Assembly (NCBI GenBank): GCA_963784355.1
Contig: CAWAQU010000007.1
Location: 1-64,000 of the forward strand
Direction of reading: 5' to 3'
Origin: an uncultured bacterium
GTDB lineage: Bacteria > Patescibacteriota > JACMRA01
DNA: 64,000 nucleotides
Part shown: positions 20,277 through 30,683 of the stretch, one piece after another
Numbering within the stretch: position 1 is the stretch's first letter
Layout of the letters: the number at the start of each line of letters is the position of its first letter
The notes under the pieces: generated by a model
Databases searched by the model: none
Told to the model about the DNA's origin: nothing
What the model saw: only the letters and a program-made list of their open reading frames with translations
Translations under genes and position numbers: made by a program

Positions 20277-21302
20277 CTAACCAGCTTTTTTTCTTTGGAC
20301 CAAGCCTGTTAGTAAGATAATTACAAGTAGTGCTAAAAATTGTAAACCAACTACGTATGCCTTGTATTGCGTAGGTAAAAGCAATCCGGTATGTGCAGTG
20401 ATCAATAAAATCCCTGAAGTAATTACTAAAACCTGGATTTTGTTTAACCCTAAATCAATCAACCTGTGATGCCAGTGTGTTCTATCCGCTTTAAATAGCG
20501 GTTTTTTGTTTGCGAACCTCAAAATAATTACAAGCGCGGTATCTAAAATAAACCATCCAATCACAGTTGCGGAGGTGGCTACTTTTGCTCCGGATAAAAT
20601 AGACAAAACACCAATAACAAACCCAACAATTTCTGATCCACTCTCTCCTAAATACAACTTAGCATCAGGAAAATTGAATACTAAAAAGCTAATTATTCCA
20701 CAAATCCAAATTAAGGCGAAAAGAAATATTAAAGGCTGGTTTACATTATCAAATAAGCTAATGCTTGCAATACTCAATAAACTGATCATTCCGATGCTGC
20801 CTACAAGTCCATCGTGACCATCTAAAAATTTTGTAGCTGCAATACAACCAATCAACCAAATATACGCTAAAATTTGGGGTAAAAAGCCAATAGTGGGCAA
20901 AATCAAGTTAAAGGGATATGAAAAGGCTTCAATTTTCAGCCCTCCTCCGACTACAGCTATAAATACACCAATATTGATATATAAAAAAAGCCATTTACTA
21001 GATAATGCAAATTTATCATCAATTATTCCACCAACTAATAAAATAACTATTGCAAATAGTATCCAAAATAAATGAAAAGTGTAGTACAAATTTTGATTTA
21101 ATAAATTGAAAGCATCGAAAATGTTATATTTGTTCATTAGCCATAAAACTGACATTAACACAATTGATACTAAAGTAAAACCGACTCCTCCCAAAAAAGG
21201 TACAGGCTCTTTTTGCTTTTTATCAGGCCTAACTGCGGGATCATCTAAAATCTTGTATTTTATTGCAAGCTTTGCTGATATCCAAGTTGCAGCCAATCCC
21301 AA
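20277..21302 (-). CDS. MraY/WecA/TagO family undecaprenyl-phosphate sugar-1-phosphate transferase (start uncertain)
   Basis: PFLGG, GIIDD, KFLDGHDGL, FNFP.AKLYLGESGS, DRTHWHHRL. Confidence 0.9.
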   Translation of the reverse strand: MGLAATWISAKLAIKYKILDDPAVRPDKKQKEPVPFLGGVGFTLVSIVLMSVLWLMNKYNIFDAFNLLNQNLYYTFHLFWILFAIVILLVGGIIDDKFALSSKWLFLYINIGVFIAVVGGGLKIEAFSYPFNLILPTIGFLPQILAYIWLIGCIAATKFLDGHDGLVGSIGMISLLSIASISLFDNVNQPLIFLFALIWICGIISFLVFNFPDAKLYLGESGSEIVGFVIGVLSILSGAKVATSATVIGWFILDTALVIILRFANKKPLFKADRTHWHHRLIDLGLNKIQVLVITSGILLITAHTGLLLPTQYKAYVVGLQFLALLVIILLTGLVQRKKAG

Positions 21303-21454
21303 AATTAGACTAATGCTTGAAAAAACTATACTGTATTGAATTAATTGTGTAGAAATATGAAGAGTAGTTTATTAGTTTTTAAGCTAGTTTTTCTTACTGA
21401 AATTGTCAATTTTGACCTTTATTAAAAAATTACGTATAATTATTATATATTCAT

Positions 21455-21961
21455 ATGTTTTCTTGGAAATTTGCCACAAAGGCTTTTGTTTTTGTAATGT
21501 TGCTATTTAGCTTTTTCAGCTTAGCACAAGTTGATGTGGTGAAGACCTATGCAGCAGATATATATGCCCCTGAGAACTGTAAGCAAAAGGAAATAAAGTT
21601 TACCAATATTTTTGTAATTTCAGCAAACTATCCAATCATTAAAAAGGAATGTTCAATTGATGATAGTGGTAACCCTAGACCTTTATCTCCCTCCCTTCTT
21701 GGTGATGTTATGTTAAGAGCTTATGCATTTTTACTTAGTTTAGCCTTCACTATAGCTTTGCCGAGTTTTGTGGCCATAGGTTTTTTCTGGATTTATAGTG
21801 GTATAGATGAATCTCAGGCAGCTTTTGCCAAAAAATGGCTTCAAAAATTTGGTGTAGGATTAGTACTTTTAATGTTTGCTTGGGTAGTACCTATAACCAT
21901 AGCTGCTGTTTTCAAATTTCCACTTGAACAAACTAATTTAGATAATTTTTTTAGCTTCTAA
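21455..21961 (+). CDS. VirB2/TrbC-like CPR pilin (single unit)
   Basis: Signal peptide, Cys pair, and two hydrophobic helices flanking 'GFFWIYSG...AKKW...GVGL'. Confidence 0.7.
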   Translation: MFSWKFATKAFVFVMLLFSFFSLAQVDVVKTYAADIYAPENCKQKEIKFTNIFVISANYPIIKKECSIDDSGNPRPLSPSLLGDVMLRAYAFLLSLAFTIALPSFVAIGFFWIYSGIDESQAAFAKKWLQKFGVGLVLLMFAWVVPITIAAVFKFPLEQTNLDNFFSF

Positions 21962-23550
21962 TGACTAATATTTTTAAAAAATACTTTGCTTTTTTATTGT
22001 TTGCTCTACCATTAATGCTGCTAGGGCTAGGGATTTTTAGCAATATACATGTCTCGGCTCAGGGGTTGGAAGCATTTAAAATAGTTAGCATAGGAGAGCT
22101 GGATGGAGTAGCACCAGCTGATACCCTTGGCGATTTACTTGTACTAATTAGAAATTTTTTAAAGTCTCTAGCTATTCCTTTTGCAATTTTAGTGATGACT
22201 TGGGGAGGATTCCAGTATTTTTTTAGTGGAATAAGCGAAAAACAAAAAAGTGGATTAAAAGCTATCGAGGCTTCTATCATAGGTTTAGTAATAATATTTT
22301 TGGCGGAGGGTCTTGTAGGTTCAAATGGTTTACTCTCTGAGATTTTTGGTGTAACCAACGGTAAGCTTGCCATCAATGAAAAGCCTATTAATGCTCTAAT
22401 TTTAACTATTATAGGTATAATGCAAACTTTAGGTACTACGGTAGCTATCTTTGTAATTATATGGGGAGGGTATAAATATTTTTGGGGTGGAATAACTGAA
22501 AAAGGTGATGGGCTTAATTCAATCAAAAAAGGTGTAATTGGTCTAGCTATTATCAATATTGCGACAGCTTTGGTAAATTTTATAGTTAGCACTGTTACAG
22601 TAAGTTCTACAAACCCAAACGCGTTGCCTGATCAAATAGTAAAATCTTTGACGTCTTTAATTTTAAATGTAAATAGTGTACTCACTGGACTGGCAGTGAC
22701 TGTGACTATTTTGGTGATCGTCTGGGGAGGTTACCAATATTTGTTTGGAGGATTTAACGGTAAATCTCAAGGCTTGAGTAATATTCAAAAGGGTGTTACG
22801 GGGCTAGTAGTAGTAATTTTAGCGAGTTTTATCGCCAATACAGTAGATAAACTGTTTAGTGGTATTAAAGGTGCCAATGATTTTAGTAAATTACCGGGTC
22901 AAGCAGGTAATATTTTGAGACCGATTTTAGAAAACGCAACTAATACTTTGTTGTTGATGGCGGCGCTTGTAGCCGTGCTTGTAATTATTTACGGAGGATA
23001 TAAATATTACTTTTCAGCGATACCAGGTCAAAAAAATGGTTTGGATACTATCAGGAGTGGTATTATTGGCCTAATAGTAGTTATTATAGCAAAGCCTGTG
23101 GTTACACTAATTCAAGTTACTTTAAATGCTACAGATCCAAATAATATCCAACCCAATACTTTACAGTTTAATACACAAGGTATTGTTTTTGTAATTAAAG
23201 CAGTGATAATTAATTTGTTAATACCGGTATCTTCAGTTGTGGCTGTGTTCTTTTTAGTAATCGGCGGATATTATTGGCTTACTTCAAATGGCAGTACAGA
23301 GCAAATCAAAAAAGGAAAAGATGCTATTCAAAATGCAATAATAGGATTTATTATAATTTTGTTATCAATTACTATAGTTTCTTTAATTGTCTATCTTGTA
23401 AAACCGGAAGAATTAAATTCAGCATCCAATACAATACCGGTTACTACCACTACACCAAATACTACTACAACTACGACCACAACCACTACGACTAGTCCTA
23501 ATCCTGCAAATCCTATTGTGATACCTGTGCCTAGACCTGCGCTGCCTTAA
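21961..23550 (+). CDS. Protein of five tandem VirB2/TrbC-like pilin units with a Thr/Pro tail
   Basis: WGGFQY, WGGYKY, WGGYQY, YGGYKY and IGGYYW hairpin repeats, each followed by 'I...(I/V)(I/T)G(L/F)'. Confidence 0.8.
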   Translation: MTNIFKKYFAFLLFALPLMLLGLGIFSNIHVSAQGLEAFKIVSIGELDGVAPADTLGDLLVLIRNFLKSLAIPFAILVMTWGGFQYFFSGISEKQKSGLKAIEASIIGLVIIFLAEGLVGSNGLLSEIFGVTNGKLAINEKPINALILTIIGIMQTLGTTVAIFVIIWGGYKYFWGGITEKGDGLNSIKKGVIGLAIINIATALVNFIVSTVTVSSTNPNALPDQIVKSLTSLILNVNSVLTGLAVTVTILVIVWGGYQYLFGGFNGKSQGLSNIQKGVTGLVVVILASFIANTVDKLFSGIKGANDFSKLPGQAGNILRPILENATNTLLLMAALVAVLVIIYGGYKYYFSAIPGQKNGLDTIRSGIIGLIVVIIAKPVVTLIQVTLNATDPNNIQPNTLQFNTQGIVFVIKAVIINLLIPVSSVVAVFFLVIGGYYWLTSNGSTEQIKKGKDAIQNAIIGFIIILLSITIVSLIVYLVKPEELNSASNTIPVTTTTPNTTTTTTTTTTTSPNPANPIVIPVPRPALP

Positions 23551-23569
23551 TTTAACTAGAAAAAATAAT

Positions 23570-25081
23570 ATGCTGTTAGATAACCTTTTAAATTTACCTG
23601 ATGACAAAAAAATTTTGATACTAGGCTTGGGTAAAGAAAATCTACAATTTTTAGATTGGTTATTTAATGTAGTAAATTTTTCTAAAAAGCAAGTTATTGT
23701 AGCTGATAAAAGACAAGTAAAGTTAAATTATGAGTTAGATCCTGAAAATTTAGTTTTTGGAGAAAATTATTTAAGCGTTTTAAAACAAGATGATGTCGAA
23801 TATGTCTTTAAAGCCCCTGGAATATGGAGTCTTTTGCCTGAAATACAAGAGTTTAGAGAAAAAAAAGGTAAAACTAAAGTAAACTCAAGCTTAGTATTTT
23901 TCTTTGAAAGATTTAGAGAGCAAATTATTGCAGTAACGGGTACAAAAGGCAAAAGTACTACCTCAAGTTTAATAAATCACTTGCTTAATAATCTGGATAA
24001 TTTAATTTCTTCTGAATATTGTGGCAACACAACAGGTATCTCACCATATAATTTTTGGACTTCATTAGAGCAAGCGGTTGAAAAAGACAAATTTTTTGTA
24101 GTAGAGACTTCTTCTTTCCAGCTTGAGGATTTGGGTTTTGCTGAAATTTCTCCTAAATACGCTGTAATAACTAACTATTACGTGGACCATTTGGATCAGC
24201 ATCTAGATGCACCTGAATATTGGCATTCTAAAAATAATATTTTTTTATATCAACATGCTCAAGATTTGGTTGTGAGTACTGATCAGGTATTGGAATTTTC
24301 TTCTGATTTGAATAAGCAGGAGCCAAAAATAGTAGTTACGGCTGATATAGTAGAGAAAGTAAACACTTTAATTGAGCATAATTTAATAGGACAACACAAC
24401 AAAATCAATCTGACTGAAGCTGTGGTTTTAACTGAAAGTGTAAGAAGAGGTGAAATTTGTCTTAATTCAGACCAACTAATTAAAAGTATTGGAGACCAGA
24501 AGGCCTTGTATTCCAAAGCTATGACTAGTTTTAATCCACTTGGCCACAGGCTCGAGCTTGTTCGCCGGGAAAAAGTATCTGCCAATGGAAATAATCTAAC
24601 TATAAGTTTTTACGATGATGGATTTGCTACTGAACCTGATGCAGTAATTGCAGCTATCAACAGTTTGACTGAGAAAAGCAATCAGTATCTGTGGCTACAA
24701 GTGTCAGGGGTTGATAAAGGTGGGGACTTGGGTAATTTAGCAAAAAAAATTGTTGAGAAAAGAGAACAAGTTTACAAAATAAATTATTGCGGTGCAGTGG
24801 GATTAAATCTACAAAAAAAAATCAATAATCTGCTTGTAAATATAGATCAATCAGAATACAAATTATTAAATTTTAAGGATACCGTAAAAAATGAATTTTC
24901 AATTATAAACAAATCAATTCGAGAGTTTTTAGCTTCTGATTTAAGTAAAACACAAGATTTAGAATTAAATATAGTCTTATCACCTTGTGGCTCCTCTTTT
25001 GATGAATTTGAAAATTATATTGAGAGGTCCAATTGGTGGGTGTCAGAGGTACAAAAAGCTTCTATTGAGCACGTTAAGTAG
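23570..25081 (+). CDS. murD: UDP-N-acetylmuramoyl-L-alanine--D-glutamate ligase
   Basis: ILGLGKE, KAPGI, VTGTKGKSTT, ETSSFQL, DHLDQH, HRLE, LSPCGSSFDEFENY.ER. Confidence 0.92.
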   Translation: MLLDNLLNLPDDKKILILGLGKENLQFLDWLFNVVNFSKKQVIVADKRQVKLNYELDPENLVFGENYLSVLKQDDVEYVFKAPGIWSLLPEIQEFREKKGKTKVNSSLVFFFERFREQIIAVTGTKGKSTTSSLINHLLNNLDNLISSEYCGNTTGISPYNFWTSLEQAVEKDKFFVVETSSFQLEDLGFAEISPKYAVITNYYVDHLDQHLDAPEYWHSKNNIFLYQHAQDLVVSTDQVLEFSSDLNKQEPKIVVTADIVEKVNTLIEHNLIGQHNKINLTEAVVLTESVRRGEICLNSDQLIKSIGDQKALYSKAMTSFNPLGHRLELVRREKVSANGNNLTISFYDDGFATEPDAVIAAINSLTEKSNQYLWLQVSGVDKGGDLGNLAKKIVEKREQVYKINYCGAVGLNLQKKINNLLVNIDQSEYKLLNFKDTVKNEFSIINKSIREFLASDLSKTQDLELNIVLSPCGSSFDEFENYIERSNWWVSEVQKASIEHVK

Positions 25082-25129
25082 GTAACGTTTACTTTTTTAC
25101 TCAAACCTAAATATTAACTTAATAAAAAC

Positions 25130-26143
25130 CTATTTTCCACGTAAAAATTGAAGATGTCCATTGAAAAATTGACTTAAACCGGAAACTCCCAATTTAAACT
25201 GTGCAACTCTGTCTACGCCAAACCCGAAAGCAAAACCTTGCCATTCATTGGGATCCAAATTCATGTTTGCAATTACATTAGGATGTACCAGGCCAGAGCC
25301 TCCTATCTCAATCCACTTGTTATACTTGCAGATTCGACAACCTTCTTGATGGCAAAAAGGGCATGAAATATCATACTCCATACTTGGGATAGTGTAGGGG
25401 AAGTAGCTGGGTCTAAAGCGAACAGTCAAAGTTTCATCGTTAAAAATCTCAGCAAATAAATTTTGCAAAATAGTTTTTAAATGAGAAATAGATACTCTGC
25501 GATCTACCACTAAGCACTCAATTTGATGAAACATGATATCGTGTGTAGCATCAATATTTTCGTTACGATATACCTGACCGGGGGAAATCATTCGAATTGG
25601 AGGTTTGTTTTCTAGTCCATATCTAATTTGCACACCTGAAGTATGAGTTCTCATGACGTAATTTTCATTTGAACTATCCTTTTCCTGCAAAAAAAACGTA
25701 TCTTGCATGCTTCGTGCAGGGTGATAATCCGGCATATTTAATGTGGTAAAACAAAACTGCTGAGTTTCAACTAAAGGTCCGTCAGCAATATCAAACCCCA
25801 TTTTTTGAAAAATTGATACAATTTCATTCATTACCTGATTAATTGGGTGCAAGCTACCTTCAGACGTTTTGTATTTTTCTGAATAAAAAGTAGGGTCAAA
25901 TTCTATAAATTTATCCTGATTTTGCAAGTCCTGAATTTGCTGGATTTTTTCATCACAAGCAGACTGCAAAAGTTGCTTAAGTTTATTTAAGTCCGCTCCT
26001 AATAATCTTTTCTCCTCAGGAGAAGCAACCACTATCTTGTCTTTTATTTCTTTTATTTCTCCAGTATTTGAAATTTCATCTCGTTTTTGCAAGCAAGCAT
26101 TGATGGTACTTAGCTCTTCAAAATAGATTCTATAATCAGACAT
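25130..26143 (-). CDS. pheS: Phenylalanyl-tRNA synthetase alpha subunit
   Basis: HPARSMQDTF, RTHTS, DATH..MFHQIE, FRPSYFPYT.PS, GFAFGFGVDR. Confidence 0.97.
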   Translation of the reverse strand: MSDYRIYFEELSTINACLQKRDEISNTGEIKEIKDKIVVASPEEKRLLGADLNKLKQLLQSACDEKIQQIQDLQNQDKFIEFDPTFYSEKYKTSEGSLHPINQVMNEIVSIFQKMGFDIADGPLVETQQFCFTTLNMPDYHPARSMQDTFFLQEKDSSNENYVMRTHTSGVQIRYGLENKPPIRMISPGQVYRNENIDATHDIMFHQIECLVVDRRVSISHLKTILQNLFAEIFNDETLTVRFRPSYFPYTIPSMEYDISCPFCHQEGCRICKYNKWIEIGGSGLVHPNVIANMNLDPNEWQGFAFGFGVDRVAQFKLGVSGLSQFFNGHLQFLRGK

Positions 26144-26218
26144 ATACTATGATCTATTCAGAAAAAACTGATTTGTGTCAATTTTGACAATTGCAATATA
26201 ATAAGTCCAGATTTTACT

Positions 26219-26821
26219 ATGTTAATCTTTTTTGGCCTTGGAAATAACGATTCTAAATATTTTCAGACTAAACATAATGCGGGTAGAATAGTACTTGAAA
26301 AAATTGCTGCCAAATCAGGGCTACTGAGCTTTGAAAAAAAACAAAATTTTGCTTTTACTAGTTTGAACATTACTTTGGAAAAAATCTATTTTTTATACCA
26401 TTTAGGATATATGAATAATAGTGGTGAAGCTTTGGCTCAATTTTGCAACTTTTTTAAATTTGATCCTCAAGAATTAAGATTGGTTATTTTGCAAGATGAT
26501 AGTGATCAAGTAGTTGGTGGCCTTAAGTTTATGCCTCATACAGGCAGTGCGGGACACCATGGAATAAATAGTATAAATAAATATTTACCAAATATAGTAA
26601 AAAATAATGCTCAAATTTGGAGAGCAAAAATTGGAATACGTCCGGAAAATAACAAGCTTAGAAGTGAGACCTTTGTATTGTCGGCACTTTCAACCCTGGA
26701 ATTGGAACTTTATGATAATTTTGCCCAAAAGATATCTGGATTGTTGCCTGAATTTAGTGAATATAAATTTGAAATTATACAAAATAAATTAAACACGCGC
26801 TTGACATCAGTGAATTCATAG
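26219..26821 (+). CDS. pth: Peptidyl-tRNA hydrolase
   Basis: GLGN...Y..TKHNAG, YMNNSG, QDD, GSAGHHG. Confidence 0.92.
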   Translation: MLIFFGLGNNDSKYFQTKHNAGRIVLEKIAAKSGLLSFEKKQNFAFTSLNITLEKIYFLYHLGYMNNSGEALAQFCNFFKFDPQELRLVILQDDSDQVVGGLKFMPHTGSAGHHGINSINKYLPNIVKNNAQIWRAKIGIRPENNKLRSETFVLSALSTLELELYDNFAQKISGLLPEFSEYKFEIIQNKLNTRLTSVNS

Positions 26822-26844
26822 GTAATTGTTTGAGTAACATATCT

Positions 26845-27744
26845 ATGTTTAAACATGCGATTTTTGAAGGTTTTAAATATATTATCAGATCCTTTTGGCT
26901 TTCGGCTACTGCTATTTCAGTTTTGACTGTAAGCTTGGGCTCCGTAGCTTTGATGTCCACTTTTTCCACTATTGTAGGTTACTCAGTAAGGCAATTAGAC
27001 AATCAAATAGCAATTGTGGCTTATTTTAAAGAAAATATTGATACAAAGACAATAGAGGCAACAAAAAAGGATTTAGAGACTATTCCTGAAGTTAAGGAAA
27101 CTCGATATGTAAATCGTACCCAAGCCCAAAAGAGACTACAAGAAGGTAGTACTGTAGCAGATAATTTAATTAAAAGTCTTCAAAAATCAAATATATCTTT
27201 TGCTCTGGAGTATTTAGAAGTTGTTCCAAAAAGCTCTGAAGATTATGCTAAAGTAGAGGCAACTGTGCGTGGTGAAAAATACAAAGATGTATTTGCTGAG
27301 ATACAAGCAGTACCTAATCTAATAGAAAATTTACAAAAGATTTATTACTGGATTCGGATTATTGGAGTAGCTTTAGTTATTATCTTTGGCTCAATTTCAA
27401 TTTTAGTAATGATTAATATTTTAAGAATAGCAGTGTATAGCTTCAAAGATGAGATTGAAATAATGCGCTTGGTTGGAGCGACAAATAATTATATTAGAGC
27501 ACCTTTTATAATGGAGGGAATTTATTTTAATGTAATTGCTGCATTAGTTGTCATTAGTATTTTTATACCTTCATTAAGCATTTTATTACCCAAAATTCAA
27601 TCCTGGATCGGCGCTTCAGTTGTAGCCAGTTCAGCAGCCCTTTTAAATCAAATATATTTTAGTTTAGGCTTGACTATACTTGTTGGTATAGTAATTGGGG
27701 CGGGTACAACCTATGTGGCAATTCACAGATACTTAAAATTATAA
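26845..27744 (+). CDS. ftsX: Cell division permease FtsX
   Basis: Four TM segments; EIEIMRLVGATNNYIRAPFIMEG. Confidence 0.92.
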   Translation: MFKHAIFEGFKYIIRSFWLSATAISVLTVSLGSVALMSTFSTIVGYSVRQLDNQIAIVAYFKENIDTKTIEATKKDLETIPEVKETRYVNRTQAQKRLQEGSTVADNLIKSLQKSNISFALEYLEVVPKSSEDYAKVEATVRGEKYKDVFAEIQAVPNLIENLQKIYYWIRIIGVALVIIFGSISILVMINILRIAVYSFKDEIEIMRLVGATNNYIRAPFIMEGIYFNVIAALVVISIFIPSLSILLPKIQSWIGASVVASSAALLNQIYFSLGLTILVGIVIGAGTTYVAIHRYLKL

Positions 27745-27773
27745 TTTACATTATTTGATATATAGGGTATAAT
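27745..27773 (+). promoter_or_regulatory. Sigma70-type promoter 7 nt before the pilB ATG
   Basis: TTTACA-17 bp-TATAAT. Confidence 0.6.
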
Positions 27774-27780
27774 GTATTAG

Positions 27781-29487
27781 ATGGCAGTCACATTAAATAC
27801 TCAAGGCCTTGGAAGCAGTGCAGATCCTTCTATTATAGTATCGTCACAAAACAAACAATTTCGAATACAACGACTAAAAAAAGATTTGGATCGTAAATTT
27901 GTTGAAGATGACGTGCAAGCTAGAGCGAAGCTTTTAGGCTATCCCTATGTTGATTTGTACGGTTTCCCCATAGATACCTTTCACTTGACTATTTTACCTC
28001 AGTCTGACGTAGAGAAATATAAAATTGGAATTTTTGCTTTAAAAAATAAAGAAGTAATGTTGGTTACTTCAAACTTACACTATCCTGGACAAGAAGCTGT
28101 TTTAAATAGGCTTACAGAAATGGGTTATACTCATAAAATTTATTTGTGTTCTGAGTTTAGCCTGGAAAAACTTATAAGCACGTACAGATTTGTAATTGAT
28201 GTAAAAAATGTTAAAGACGATATAGAGATTTCCAAAGAAAAATTTGAAAATAGCGATGTACAGATTACAAATTTACAGTCTCTACAGGATATAATCAACA
28301 AGTCCTCCGTATCTGATATTATAGAAGTTGTTTTGATAACTGCTCTAAATAATGACGCTTCAGATATCCACTTTGAGCCGGAAAAAGATGAATTTATCCT
28401 GAGGTTACGTTTGGACGGCGTATTACACACTTTTGCTCGTCTACCAAAAGAACTACACAAATCCATAGAAAATAGAATTAAATTAATTGCCGGGTTAAAA
28501 TTGAATATTGATAATTTACCTCAAGAAGGCAGATTTAGCTTCAATGCAAAGGGAAAAAATTTGGATGTGCGTGTATCAATGCTTCCATCTAGTTACGGTT
28601 ATTCCACAGTTATGCGACTTTTGGGTACTGGTGGAGTGGACCTCAAGCTTGATAATTTAGGCTTTGGTACTTATGCAATTGATTTAATAAACAATGCTAT
28701 TGCAAAACCACAAGGGCTTATACTTGTGACCGGTCCTACGGGAAGTGGTAAAACTACTAGTTTATATACATTTTTAAACGCTTTAAATGATGGCGAAAAT
28801 AAAATTATTACATTAGAAGATCCTGTTGAATATAAACTATCTGGTATTTCTCAAACACAGGTTGACTCGGAAGCGGGGTATACTTTCAGTTCTGGATTAA
28901 AATCAATCTTGAGACAAGATCCTGATGTGGTGATGGTAGGAGAAATCAGAGAAAAAGATACTGCCGATATTGCAATTCAAGCATCTTTGACTGGTCATAA
29001 AGTATTATCCACTTTACACACAAATGATGCCGCAGGAAGTGTAACTAGGTTATTGGAAATGGAAGTAAAAGGCTATCTGCTGGCTGATGCTTTGGAACTG
29101 ATAATTGGTCAAAGACTTGTGCGAAAACTCTGTAATTATTGTAAAAAAGATGACTATCCTACTGATCAACAAAAAGCCACTATAGTACAGGAATTGCAAA
29201 AAATATCACCCAAAAGTGGTTTACAAATTCCTCACAATCTCAGCTTTCAAACAAGTACTGGATGTGAAAAATGTCATGGAGTAGGATACAAAGGTAGAAT
29301 CGGATTATACGAAGTCATGAACATAACTGACAATCTTAAATTTTTATTATCAAATAAAACTCCCTCAGTTATAGATATACGTTTAACTGCCCAAAATAAT
29401 GGGATGATCACAATGTTGCAAGATGGAATTTTAAAAGCCTTGGATGGTATTACGGATTTAAAAGAGATTTTTAAGAATATAATGTAG
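27781..29487 (+). CDS. pilB: GspE/PilB type IV pilus assembly ATPase
   Basis: ASDIHFEP, GPTGSGKTT, LEDPVE, LRQDPD..MVGEIR, TGHKVLSTLHTN, CxxC...CxxC. Confidence 0.9.
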   Translation: MAVTLNTQGLGSSADPSIIVSSQNKQFRIQRLKKDLDRKFVEDDVQARAKLLGYPYVDLYGFPIDTFHLTILPQSDVEKYKIGIFALKNKEVMLVTSNLHYPGQEAVLNRLTEMGYTHKIYLCSEFSLEKLISTYRFVIDVKNVKDDIEISKEKFENSDVQITNLQSLQDIINKSSVSDIIEVVLITALNNDASDIHFEPEKDEFILRLRLDGVLHTFARLPKELHKSIENRIKLIAGLKLNIDNLPQEGRFSFNAKGKNLDVRVSMLPSSYGYSTVMRLLGTGGVDLKLDNLGFGTYAIDLINNAIAKPQGLILVTGPTGSGKTTSLYTFLNALNDGENKIITLEDPVEYKLSGISQTQVDSEAGYTFSSGLKSILRQDPDVVMVGEIREKDTADIAIQASLTGHKVLSTLHTNDAAGSVTRLLEMEVKGYLLADALELIIGQRLVRKLCNYCKKDDYPTDQQKATIVQELQKISPKSGLQIPHNLSFQTSTGCEKCHGVGYKGRIGLYEVMNITDNLKFLLSNKTPSVIDIRLTAQNNGMITMLQDGILKALDGITDLKEIFKNIM

Positions 29488-29524
29488 AATTGACATTAAC
29501 TCATGTTTGTCTTTATCTGCAAAT

Positions 29525-30241
29525 ATGGATTTAACTATAGTGCAGCAAAGCATAGGTTATGTTTTTAATGATATTAGATTACTAAAACAATCTTTAGTAC
29601 ACAGATCATATTTAAACGAAAAAGACAAAGACGAAACAGTCACAGAACAAAATGAAAGACTTGAATTTTTGGGTGATGCGGTGCTGGAGTTGATTGTTAC
29701 TGAGTACTTATATAAAAATTTTCAGGAAAGTGAAGGGTTTATGACAGCAGTAAGGGCTGCACTTGTAAATTATAAACTAATCGGGGAAGTAGGGAACACA
29801 TTAGGTTTAGATCAAGAAATATTGTTAAGTAAAGGTGAGAAAGAAGAGTTGGGAAGAGCAAGACTTACCATTGTTGCAGATTGTGTTGAGGCTGTGTTAG
29901 GTGCAATGTATTTAGATGGAGGAATTGTACCTTGTGTCCGCTTTATAGAAGATAACATCCTAATTAAATTGGAAGAAATAATATTGAATCAAAGCTATAA
30001 AGATTTTAAAACCTTACTTCAGGAATTTACTCAAAAACACGTTCATCAAACTCCAAGATATGAAGTTATATCTACAGAAGGAAAAGACCATGAGAAGGTA
30101 TTTACAATTGGCGTTTGGGTTGGGTCAGAACGCATGGCAATAGGGGAAGGTAGATCAAAACAAGATGCTGAAACTTCTGCAGCTACTATTGCTTTAAAAA
30201 TAATGCAAGCAAAACTTACTCTTGAGCAGGAGCAGGTCTAA
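29525..30241 (+). CDS. rnc: Ribonuclease III
   Basis: NERLEFLGDAVL, ADCVEAVLGAMYLD, C-terminal dsRBD. Confidence 0.96.
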   Translation: MDLTIVQQSIGYVFNDIRLLKQSLVHRSYLNEKDKDETVTEQNERLEFLGDAVLELIVTEYLYKNFQESEGFMTAVRAALVNYKLIGEVGNTLGLDQEILLSKGEKEELGRARLTIVADCVEAVLGAMYLDGGIVPCVRFIEDNILIKLEEIILNQSYKDFKTLLQEFTQKHVHQTPRYEVISTEGKDHEKVFTIGVWVGSERMAIGEGRSKQDAETSAATIALKIMQAKLTLEQEQV

Positions 30242-30551
30242 TTTCAATAGTGTAAATTGCTGAATCTGAAGCTTTGTTTCTAGTTTGGTTTACTCTATCT
30301 GGTTCTATTGAATAGGCCTTAGCTTGATTTTTTTGTACATCAGATTCTCTAATCGTTGAGTCAATAATACTAATGAACCCTCCAAAAGCAAAACCACATA
30401 TAAGTAGCCCAACTAAAAGTAGTCCAAAGCTGGCAAAAGATTTGTCACTATCTAGAAAATTTAAAATTTTTGAGAAGGCATCAGATTTTGTTGTTTTTCT
30501 TTTATGTGAAGTATGTTTATTTCCGGTATTTGGATGAAGCTTTTGTGGCAT
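30216..30551 (-). CDS. Hypothetical single-TM protein
   Basis: Basic N-terminus and one hydrophobic segment. Confidence 0.55.
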   Translation of the reverse strand: MPQKLHPNTGNKHTSHKRKTTKSDAFSKILNFLDSDKSFASFGLLLVGLLICGFAFGGFISIIDSTIRESDVQKNQAKAYSIEPDRVNQTRNKASDSAIYTIEIRPAPAQE

Positions 30552-30683
30552 AATTTTTGTTTTCTGTTTTTGTTATAATCTAATTATACCTCACTTTTTG
30601 AAGTTTGTAAAATATATCTATAGCGGTCAGAGGCTATTTGAACTAGCATTACCTAAAAGCAGGGAATTCAAGTGTTATTTTTC

